Of a stretch of DNA of 64,000 nucleotides, positions 1 to 10,212 are shown in pieces. Each line of letters begins with the position of its first letter. Within the stretch, counting starts at the first letter, position 1. The notes under the pieces are model-generated. The model was not told the origin of the DNA. It worked only from the letters and a program-made list of their open reading frames with translations, and ran no database searches. Origin of the DNA: Mobula birostris (lineage: Eukaryota); the NCBI RefSeq assembly GCF_030028105.1, contig NC_092379.1:27335821-27399820 (forward strand), read 5' to 3'. A program made the position numbers and the translations under genes.

Positions 1-14
1 GGGGATCCACTCCT

Positions 15-548
15 GTGCCAATGACAATCTTTAGCGATACTGGAGCTTCTCAATCAGTAATGGTAGACAGTGTTCAAAAGTTTAGTGATGCGTCTGAATT
101 TGGTGAGGTAAAAATATATATAAGAGGAATTGGGAGTGCACTTCTGCCGGCACATTTTCATAAAGTAAATTTAAGGTCAGGGTTACTTACAGGGCCTGTT
201 AAAGTAGGATTACATACCAGTTTACCCGTGAGTGATGTTTCTCTGTTGTTAGGGAATGACTTGGCTAATGGGCAAGTTTTCTTTTTTCCTGAAGTGCATT
301 TGACAATAAAGCCTACCTCTGAGGAACCAAAGATAGATACTAACACAGATTTTCCCTGTGTTGTAACCCGAGATATGGTTAAAAATAGTGATGCGCGGGA
401 TGAGGTTGATACCCATGACTGTTCAACTATTGATTTAAATTTTGAGGATGTGTCAGAAACTTTCTTACCTACATTTTTTGATCAAGATTATTGTAGTAAG
501 TCTGACATGAAGATTTGATTTCTCTCGGAAGGAAATGACAGAAGAACA
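15..548 (+). pseudogene. Gmr1-like pol: aspartic protease region and linker
   Basis: ORF 15..518 contains SDTGASQS (degenerate DTGA); sequence before the hAT insertion reads SRKEMTEEQSR. Confidence 0.75.
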
Positions 549-556
549 GAGTAGAG

Positions 557-1727
557 CAACGGTCCCCAACCACCGGGCCGCCAAGCATGCGCTACCAGGC
601 CGCCAGGAAGCTATATGATTTGGCGAAATGAGTCAGCTGCACCGTCCCTCATTCCCTGTCACGGCCACTGTTGAGCTATTACGCATGCCAGGTTATTGCT
701 AGTGCGTCATTCATTTCAGCGAAGAAGGAGATCAACTGCTCGAGCTTGCAAATGACGGCGGGCTGGAAAGAGTGTTTTACATAACATCTCTGACGGCATT
801 CTGGATCAAAGTCAAGGCAAAAAATCCTGCGATAAACACGAAAGCACTGAAAACGTTGCTTCCATGTCCAACATAACTCTGCAATGAATGCAATGAAAAC
901 TAAATTGAGGAATAGACTGGACACAAGCAACCCCCTTCGAATATCGCTGTCTCCCATCACTCCTCGATAGTACGGTCTTGTTACAGGGAAACAAGCCCAG
1001 GGCTCCCACTGATTCAGCGATATTGGTGTGTCGCAATGATTTTATATGTTCATACGGGGAAAATACGCGCTGCGTATTTACTATCCAAACGTTACTTAAA
1101 ATGTTATGATGTTATAACCATATAACAATTACAGCACGGAAACAGGCCATCTCGGCCTTTGTAGTCCGTGCCGAATGCTACACTCCCCTAGTCCCACCGA
1201 CCTGCACTCAGCCCATAACTCTCCATTCCTTTTATGTCCAGATACCGATCCAATTTTTCTTTGAATGATAATATCGAACCTGCCTTTACCACTTCTACTG
1301 AAAGTTTGTTCAACACTTACTTCAAACTCCCCTGATAATCGACATCACTATATTCACGCGAGGAAAATATGCGCTGTGTGCTTAATATTAAATGTGTTGG
1401 ATAAACCCTTTTAGAAAGGAAATTGAGTTTATTAGCCGATATTCCGGTTGTGATGAACACGCCCCCCCCCGAACAGAATCGCCAAACACGATTTGTAGAA
1501 AAAAAGCACACGCATGGCAAATCACGCATGCACACTGGTGCCCGCGCAAGGCTTCTGGGTCATTGTGGTCTTTTTCGGGGTAAACTCAGCGTGTTTGACT
1601 GCTACTCTTTCCGTTGGCAACGCTACCACCTCCCCCCCCCCCCCCCCCCACACACCGATCGGCCGGTCGGCAAGAATATTCTCAATATGAAACCGGTCCG
1701 CAGTGCGAGAAAGGGTGGGGTCTCCTG
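557..1727 (+). mobile_element. hAT-Charlie family DNA transposon, internally deleted, inserted in Gypsy pol
   Basis: Exact 8-bp TSD GAGTAGAG at 549-556 and 1728-1735; imperfect TIRs CAACGGTCCCCAACC...GGTGGGGTCTCCTG; 721-1012 encodes a decayed transposase C-terminus (EEGDQLLELANDGGL, FWIKVKA, KALKTLLP, KLRNRLD, GKQAQGSH*). Confidence 0.9.
1113..1320 (-). mobile_element. CR1-like LINE 3' fragment nested in the hAT element
   Basis: AACCATATAACAATTACAGCACGGAAACAGGCCATCTCGGCC matches the reverse complement of an elasmobranch CR1 3' end as I recall it. Confidence 0.7.
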
Positions 1728-1735
1728 GAGTAGAG

Positions 1736-2970
1736 ACTCTGAGATTATCCTATTAAAGGAACAGGCTCTTTCAGATAGTGAAATTGAGAAGGTGCCAACA
1801 GGATATTATTCTGAAAAGGGAGTATTAATTAGGAAGTGGAGATCACCTATAATTCCTGCAAGTGAAGAATGGGAAGTTAATCACCAGGTAGTAGTTCATA
1901 AAGATTATCGAAATGAGATTTTAACTATGGGTCAGAGTAAGCCTTCGGCTGGCCATCAAGGTGTAAAGAAAGCTATGAACAAGCTTTTTTAAATATTTTT
2001 ACAGGCCTAGTTTAAGAAATGGTATCGCGACTAACTGCAGGATGTGACATACTTTTCAAATTGTCGGTAAACCTAATCAAGTTACTCCAGTGGCCCCACT
2101 GCAAACTATTCCAGCATTTGGGGAGCTGTTCTGAAAAATCATTGTAGACTGTATAGGCCCATTGCCAAAAACTAAAACTGGACATCAATGTTTGTTGACC
2201 ATCATGTGCACAGCGTCTAGGTTTCCAGAAGCAATACCTCTTAGGAATATAACAGCCAACACTCTGACAAAGAATCTTATAAAATTCTTTACTTATTTTG
2301 GGTTGCTAAGGAAATACAATCTGATCAATGTAGTAATTTTATGTCTGGATTGTATCAGCAGATATTTCATAAAGTGGGAGCAAAGCAGATCACCTCATCT
2401 GCATGTCATTCAGAATCGCAAAGAACCCAGGAGATATTCCATTCCTCCCCCAAAACTATGATTAGGACGTAGTGTGCGGAAAATGAAAAGGACTTGGATG
2501 AAGGCGTAGGTTTACTATTTTTTTTTTTTGCAGTTCAGGAGGCAGTGCAGGAATCATTAGGTTTCAGTCCTTTTAAACTTATGTATGCGCATAGAATTCG
2601 AGGACCTTTGACCTTGTTCAAAGAGCAGTTGATTAATAAAGAGGTACACACTAATTTGCTTGGTTATTTTTTTTTTAATTTAAAGAAAGATGACATAAAT
2701 CTTGTAGCTTAGCCAAGGAAAATTTAAGATCGGCTGAGGAGAAAATGAGGACTTGGTATGATAAGGAATATGGAATGAGGTCATTTAAACCTGGAGATAA
2801 GGTCTTGGTTCTTTTCCCGGTGCAAACGAACCAGTTGCAAGTTAAATTTCATGGTCCTTATGAGCTTAAATCTAAAGTACATGATGTGGATTATTTGATT
2901 TAAAAAAATCGAAGAAAGCCAACACAGCTGTGTCCTATAAATATGATAAAACCATTATATGTGAAACAGG
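1736..2970 (+). pseudogene. Gmr1-like pol: integrase (zinc-binding, core and GPY/F regions), frameshifted
   Basis: ORF pieces 1423..1992, 2162..2461 and 2494..2712 contain VLIRKW, AGHQGVKK, LLTIMCTASRFPEAIPL, QESLGFSPF; FHGPY near 2830. Confidence 0.85.
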
Positions 2971-3229
2971 CCGCTACTATGACTGTTGTGGTCAATAATA
3001 ATGAGTTTGTTCCCACTGGGAACTTAATGGAAGATGCATCTGAAACTCCTTTTAAACCAGACATTATTTCTGCCAAATTACCAAACTCAACAGTTCTGGA
3101 AAACATGGATGAAAAATTAGCTCATTTACAGCTAGATCAGAGAGAACAGATGAAACAGTTTTTTTTTAATATAGGGGTTTATTTGCAGAGGTTCCTGGAA
3201 CCACCGTATCTTTGCATGATGTAGATGGT

Positions 3230-3971
3230 GGAGATACCAAGCATATAAAGCAACATCCATATCGAATGAGCAGGGAAAATGTGAACTTGCTGAACATGGA
3301 ATTAAGTATATGTTAAAGAATAATATTATTAGATCTTCTGATTCGAATTTTAGTGTACCGTGTGTTATGGTGCCTAAGCCAGACAATAGCATTAGGTTTT
3401 GTACAGATTACAGGAAGGTGAATGCTGTAAGAAAAAAAAAAAAAGATGCATATCCAATCCCTAGGGTAGATGATAGTTGCGATAAAGTTGGACAAGCAGA
3501 GTTACTTACAAAGATTGATTTGTTTAAAGTTTATTGGTGTGTTCCTTTGACGGATAGAGGTATAGAGATTTTCGCATTTGTAACACCATCGGGGTTATAT
3601 AAATATAATGTTCTTCCATTTGGGATGAATAATGCAGCAGATTATTTCCAACGGATGATTCATAGTGTGATCTATGGGATAAAAGATACGTATGCCTATA
3701 TTGATGATTTAGTTACTGGAAATGATACTTGGAAAACACATATTACTGCAGTGCAGCAACTATTTGAAAGACTTTCAAAAGCTAACTTAACTGTTAACTT
3801 AGCTAAAAAAGATTTTTTTTCATGCCACTGTGACTGTTAAGGCAAATGTTTAAGGAAATAAATCAAACTCCAATTTAGCAAGAAAGTTTGATATTACAGG
3901 AGTATAATATTTTGATAACTCATATTAAAGATAAAGATAATGTGATCGCTGACTGTCTATCTAGATATTAA
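3230..3971 (+). pseudogene. Gmr1-like pol: RT with internal deletion, fused to RNase H C-terminus
   Basis: ORF 3310..3840 has RT motifs DAYPIPRVDD, LPFGM, YAYIDDL; jumps near 3837 to the RNase H tail ending IADCLSRY* at 3971. Confidence 0.85.
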
Positions 3972-4162
3972 ATGTACAACTTACTTTTTTTATGGAGTGC
4001 TTTAACATTTTTAACACTACTACTGTATATTAGTTTGTAAGGTGCTGTATGATAATAGTTTGCATATTGTATAAGTTATAAATTTTATATATTTGTATTT
4101 TTTAATAGTTAATTGTTAAACTTTTGCTCCTGAAAGACCAAAACTTTCTTTTTGGAGGGAGG

Positions 4163-5036
4163 TGTTCATACCTCATGGATATCTTGTGACTGTTTATGAC
4201 CATGATGTAGTTCAGTATCTGATGAGCATGATATAATGGTTTTGTTAAGGTCACATGATGTAGCTTTCCCGCTGATGTGAGGTCACCTGATTGCATATTC
4301 TCACCAGGTATATAAAGGGTAAACCAGGTGTGACGCAGTTAGTTTTTTTTTCCTGTTGAGTTTTAAGATTACTTCGTTATACAATTAGTCAGTTACTCCG
4401 TTATGCTGCGTATTTGTCATATGACGCAGTTTAGCTTTAAATGTGAGTTGTACTTTCTATTGTAAGTAGTATTGGAGAGTAAAGGCCTTCCCAAATTATA
4501 GGAACCCGCAGAGTCGAGTAAAGCTGATATTGTCCGGCGGTATTGGAGAGAAACGATCTTGATGCAATCTTCGTTCAAGAAATAGTGACCTACATCTGAG
4601 ATATCCTCTGCTGAAGCAGGAAGTATTGTGCTGTGTCTATTCTCCAGAGGAAATGGTCAGTTCCTTTAAACCGTTTTATTTCCGTCGTCGTGAATCCTGC
4701 GGACAAGGCAGTTTCCGGCTGGGATCAGCAGTGACGTCACGTCCGGAGGATTTTTTTACTTCTGGAAAGTATCCCCTAATTGACTGTATAAATCTCTTGG
4801 ACGTCGGAATTTGCCATTCTAAGAATTGTTTTTTTGAATTTACCACTTTAAGAAGTGTTTTCGCATTTACCCTATTAAGAACTTTTCTAGAGTTGCCGTA
4901 TAGCAGTTAACTTCCGGTTACGTTTCTCGTTTGAATATTTTTCGCAATTATTCATCAGAGTTTAATAAATGTTGGGTTGTTTTTTTTTATAAAACCTGAC
5001 TCAATTGATATATGCATTGTTGCCGGTCACGTGACA
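4163..5036 (+). repeat. 3' LTR of the Gmr1-like element
   Basis: Preceded by polypurine tract GGAGGGAGG (4154-4162); begins TGT, ends GTGACA; TATAAA at 4311, AATAAA at 4964. Confidence 0.75.
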
Positions 5037-7223
5037 CCTTGTTGAGCCAAAGCCTAACTACTCTGCGTCAGGCTATCCCGACCATGACCACTTCGAAAGG
5101 CCGTATCTGTCCTTTATAGACACTTCGTTCCCCGTCGAAAATCTTTGGCGACATGAGCGGGAAAATTCGTATTAGGTCAGTGGAGTACTCCAGACATCGA
5201 CTCCAAACTATTTGGCCGCTCTGTGCGGAACCACGTCTGTTGCGTCTGCTCAATACTCCAATGGACTTCGTGAATTGTTCTTAGTCGAAGGCCGACGTTA
5301 TTTTTCCGATCTGCTGAAGGAGGTTAGCTCCCACCAATGAGATGAAAGTTTTACGCATGAGAATATTCTGATTCATGCGATCATTTTAAAGACGAAACAC
5401 TCTCCATCGTATGAAACAATTTCTTCAGCTCCTGTGTCAATGCTGAGGGGCGAAGTTCGGATGTTGTTAGGTACAATTCCGATACGTTCATAGTTTATTG
5501 TTCAGCATTGTTCAGAACAAGCGGCAAGCTAATGTTTTAGTTCTACTTTGCCTTTCCAAAATGGCATCGGTAGAGATAATGATATTTGATGTTCCATTCT
5601 GATCAGGCGTCGCTTTATCTCTAAACCGTGCATACCAAAGATCCCGTTACAGTTTGAATGAGCTTCGTCGCATTGCGTTGAAATCTTTTCTGTCGTTGTC
5701 GTTTCCTGACACTACATGGTATGAAAGGATGAAATCAGCATTTATTCCTCGATGGGTCTTTTGATCGTCGTTAGAATTATGAACTCATGAAACAGCCTGT
5801 AGAATTCTGATATGACCGGCCTCCTTATTATATCAGCTCTCAGCGAAACGCCCTTCTCAAACCGAGTTTGATAACTGTGAGATTATTAAGGGTATTCATG
5901 TTGATTACGGTAATTTCTATCATTAACTTTTGTTCGAATGGGGTAGCGCAGACTCATTGGCAAATTCAGACGACTAATCTACGACAATACAATGACAAAT
6001 GCACATTGACACCACTAGAACTCTGAAAACAGAACAATTTACGTATTTCAAATACCCGTGGTTCGATTGCAAATAATCGAAATAAAGATTTCATAACTCA
6101 ATCATATGCAACGTTACAGCCACGCTGAATTTAACAGCTACCGATACCTCCAACAGTGATCAAGTTGTGGCAGGAAAAGATACCGTTGGTGGGTTCTCAC
6201 TTGTCTCTGCAAAGATGGATTCACAAGGTGGTAGTCTCGATTCGAAGATGTCGGTGAAATATGACGATTGGGTCTACTTGCTTGAAACAATTGGAAGTGA
6301 AATGTAAACACACGGAAGTATATCAGATAAAAAGGCGCCATGTAAATGTTGTATGAAATACATTTGCAAAACTTGCACATCCTTGACGGATACAGAAGAG
6401 GGTGCAGTCTTAAGTTGTGTGGAAGTAAGTTTAAAGGCAAATGGCAACATAACAGTTGTTTTTTTTTCATCTGCAAAGAACATGGTTGATATCTCTAAAT
6501 CGCAGTCAGAGAGGGTAATATATAGTGGTGCAACTTCTGCAGTTAAGGTCATTAGTTTGGCAAAGGAAAGAACATAGCAAGATGGAGTTGGGAGAGAATG
6601 ACATAAACAGGTTTGTCTGATTGTGAGGGTCTGAAGTTACCGCTTCTTTGCCGTAGTTTGCTTGGAGTCTCTAAGTATTATGAAATTTTGCCAAGTTAAT
6701 TTTTGTACAATGAAAACTTGCATCAAACTGAGCCGACGTGGAATGAACTGGAAGTTTAGAACTTTCTCCATGCAGCTTGTCTTTTCAACACAGTCTGCAA
6801 TGGTTGGTTTCCCTCCTAAAGACGGTAAGAGACTCATAGCTTTGGACTTTACAAAGAGAAAGAAAATCCACTCTGTTATTTAATGTGAGATTATACGAAT
6901 TAATTTCTGATCATACCGTCTTTGCCGTTCAGTCTTATATACAGCCCAATCGTTAGCTCTGAGGAAGTAACTTATGTGTAGACTCGCGAAATCTGCTAAC
7001 TTTCAGTTGATTGGCTGTGTTGACGAATAAAGAAACAGGACAGGATTGGAAGAAATCAGGAAAGGAGTTGATTGGTGGATTCGAGAATCAAGAAGGGTCA
7101 TATTAAGTGTATGAGACCAATGGCCTCTTAACAAAACTGAGGGCACTCCTGACGAACCACAGATTAAACTTATTTGAGAATAACCTTGTTTCATTACAAA
7201 TTCATAGTGAACGGATCACAGAT

Positions 7224-8041
7224 ATGCGGGTCCTATATTTGTTTCTTATTGCAGCAGCGCTTCTGATTGGTAAGTTTCTCGACATTTTGAAAAGCATCGT
7301 TCTCACCACGTTGAACCGGTTAATTTATCACTGAATAGCTGTAACGCAACATTGGTCATGGCATGAAAGAAATTAGAAGTACGATAGTAACATGGATCCA
7401 AATCTCATGCAACTGGCAATAGAATGCTTGATGAGTATATCCAGGCCAACCACGGGCGAATCGGTCTCAGTCGTTGGCGGGGAAGAATTGTCTTTGTATT
7501 CCTCCTGAGATGCAATGAACTCCTTGATAGAGGTGATTGGAAGTTTTTCACAAAAAGATAGTTTAATTCAGTCTTTCTTGCCACTTCTGCTAATTTTAGT
7601 CGAACGTTTAACTCAAGTTGAAACCCCCCTCTGATTGGGCAGTACTAAGGAACCAGGGTTTGCTTCGGAGATATGCGAGCAGAATATTGATATTTCTTGA
7701 TTGAAATTTTAACATTCTTTTTGGTCTATAACAGGACATTGTCGAGGCGACGCTGTTTATCAGTCACCTGCTGTCACCACGGTCGCGGAACGGGAAGTTG
7801 CAGTGTTAAACTGTAACTATACTACTACAAGAGCAAGCAACCCTGGACTAATCTGGTACCGTCAGTATCCCGGAGGTTCTCTGGAGTTTCTTTTGGTCCT
7901 TTCGAAATTCGACAAACAACTAGAGAATCTTCCCGGACAACGGTTCACGGCGCAGCTGGATGATTCGAGCAGAACGGTCCCACTAACAGTATCAGAAACA
8001 CATCTAGGAGACACTGCCATCTATTACTGTGCTCTGAGCCC
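7224..8041 (+). CDS. TRAV: T-cell receptor variable gene segment (alpha/delta type), intact: leader exon 7224-7269, intron 7270-7734, V exon 7735-8041
   Basis: Leader MRVLYLFLIAAALLIG then GTAAGT donor; ACAG acceptor, phase 1; V domain DAVYQSP...LNCNY...WYRQYPGG...DTAIYYCALSP with both Cys and the Trp; followed directly by a 23-RSS. TRAV versus TRDV cannot be fully resolved without J/C context. Confidence 0.9.
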
Positions 8042-8080
8042 CACAGGGGTACAGAACGATTCTGAACCTGTACAATAACT
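8042..8080 (+). other. Recombination signal sequence, 23-bp spacer
   Basis: CACAGGG (8042-8048) + 23 nt + ACAATAACT (8072-8080), abutting the V coding end. Confidence 0.92.
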
Positions 8081-9870
8081 AGTTTATTTCTCTAGTGGCT
8101 GCTTAGAGTAACTGCTTCTTTCTGAGTGCCTGTAGGTCCTTGGTCGATCAGTATATGTCCAAATTTCAATATATTCCCTGAGTTAATTATCCAATAGATT
8201 GAGTCGCCTTCAGCCCATTACTCTTCAATCTGTACCAATGCACACGCAGCCTCCAAAACCCAATCTCTAGTCTTTCACAACACAAAGGAAACCACGGCCT
8301 TCCATTGTTTCATTTTTCGCTCACCATTTCGAAGAAGACCTTCTTTCCCTTGCATTGGGGTGAATGCGGATGCTGGAGTGAAATGTTGTTTATTCTCCCA
8401 TATGCTACTGTGTTAAAATCTCGCATTTTCCGCAAGTTTTGCAATTTTTAACATGAAAACTTATTGTTTTATTTGTTTTATTTCTATTTTTTTTCTCAAA
8501 GTTATACCGCAGCGCCCTCATATGGTTTACTAAGTAACTGCAATCTAGCATTGCAAACGATCACAAAGAACAAATAGCTGCGTGTTCTTGTACAGGACGA
8601 AATTGAATTTTAATTTACCGCTAACCCTCACTGAACTAATCGTGGAAGATGTAGGTTACAGTGCAAGCTTTACTTTTTTTTTCTTTCCACAGAATTGCAC
8701 ACTTAACATTTCTCGTTTCAGGAAATAACATTGAAACCATTCATAACACCATACAAAAAAATCTCTGTGATGAGTAACAAAAACACTGTGGACAATGTAA
8801 CGAGGAATGGGTAACGTGAACACCTAACTCTTTTTCATGAAATAATTATGGGTTAATGTCATGGTATGCCAAAGTGTCAGTGATATGAGCAGTCGAAATC
8901 CGTTGATATGTACAATCAAGATACATCTATTCATAACGCACAGTTAAAAACTATCCATGTTGACTAAAGTGTTTTAACAGTGGCTAAAATCCCAAATATA
9001 AGAAAAACAGGTATAAAAAAGGCACACAGATTATAGGCAAAATTCATTAATCAGTTTAATACAGGCAAGCTAAATAAAAATGTGACGATTAATGAGTTGT
9101 ATCTTCTATCAAAAATTCTGTGTTTAAAACACATTATAGGTAGTAGAATAAGACGGAAAATGCGATGATAATACAAATTATGGGAAACACAATGTTATTC
9201 CTGCTTCAGGCGACGAACGTTCTTGAAAATATGTCATAACATAGTTTAGTAAGACTAGTTATTATATATCTGCCCACTGGGATAAGAGCAACAACGCCCA
9301 GTAGAAGCCTCAGCAACTCAGAGTGTGACGTAAACAGAGAAAATAAGCATATTACTTCTAATAAGTAGGGACTAAGCCACGACCGAGGATAAAATGAAGA
9401 ACATCCGTATTACTTCATTCCCGTATTCCATGTCATCAAACCTCACTAGGTCAGGTAACGATGAAAAATTGAAGTGCTTTCTGAGATTCATCGTTTTCAG
9501 CAGCCGACAATGTTCTCCTTGCTTTTCTAATTGTCTCTAAGTCTCATACTATAGAAACACTTGCAAGTCAATTAATCATTAGCTAAGTTGAGTATATTAT
9601 GATTGGCACTCTGAACACATCTTCTGAGATGTAAATATAAATGGCGAATCGTAATCGTATCTGAACCCCATCATAACCAAACCGCATACCTTTCTACTTC
9701 TAATAAATTGCAAAACCTTGATGAACGAAAACCGGGTAATGGAAAGGTTCAGAATGCATTGTTGTGAAGCAATACGAATATTCCATTTAATCAGACGTTG
9801 GGAAGGAGTGTGGACCCTCGATTGAGTCTGATCGGTTGTTGCTCATATCAACTCCACAAACACCTGTTTA

Positions 9871-10212
9871 CTTTATTTAATGCGCATGCGCATGTCGTGC
9901 ATGGAGCCTGTTACAACCGTCCCGATCAGTATTCTTACCTTTTCCTTCTTACTTTTTTAACTTCCTGCCTGTCGTTCCTGCCTGTGGCCATCAAACTTGC
10001 AGTTCCTGCCGTGGAGGGTCAGACACCCTGAGCCAATAGACTGGTTCTGGACTTATTTTCCATCTGGCACAGTTTGCATTTTGTTGTTTGATTGTTTGTA
10101 GTTATTGTATTGCTATATTTACACTCTATTCTTGGTTGGTGTGGCTGTAACGAAACTCAATTTCCCTCGGGATCAATAAAGTATATCCATCTGCCTATCC
10201 ATCTATCAATTC
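9871..10212 (+). mobile_element. Rex1/Babar-like LINE 3' fragment, present only in unit 1
   Basis: TTCCTGCCTGTGGCCATCAAAC...GGATCAATAAAGTAT plus (TATC)-like tail; same 3' end as 18500-18740; absent at the matching site in unit 2 (about 39698). Confidence 0.7.

Larger units (their letters stand above)
1..5036 (+). mobile_element. Gmr1-like Ty3/Gypsy LTR retrotransposon, 5' end outside window, decayed; pol order PR-IN-RT-RH
   Basis: Protease-like motif IFSDTGASQS near 27-56; integrase (GHQGVKK, VDCIGPLPKTKTG, SRFPEAIPL, GPY) about 1736-2970; RT (PCVMVPKPDNSIRFCTDYRKVN, YIDD) about 3230-3840; RNase H C-terminus SLILQEYNILITHIKDKDNVIADCLSRY* ending 3971; then PPT and LTR. Confidence 0.9.

Noticed and set aside
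6138-6883. Cluster of short ORFs upstream of V1, echoed at 35222-36023
   Set aside because: Frames and stops are not conserved between the duplicated copies and no protein motif was recognised.
7735-8041. Assignment as immunoglobulin light chain, IgH-like or NAR-TCR V
   Set aside because: No octamer seen upstream of the leader, no nearby J or C as expected for an elasmobranch Ig cluster, no extra non-canonical Cys, and WYRQYPG / YYCAL.P fit TCR alpha-type V better.
8510-8525. CTCF-like motif about 430 nt 3' of each RSS (also 37312-37327)
   Set aside because: Both copies mismatch the core AG positions of the consensus and differ from each other there; too weak without a PWM score.
9394-9460. 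ATG...G|GTAAC resembling another leader exon
   Set aside because: Translation MKNIRITSFPYSMSSNLTRS is not hydrophobic, the frame is not kept in unit 2, and no V exon follows.
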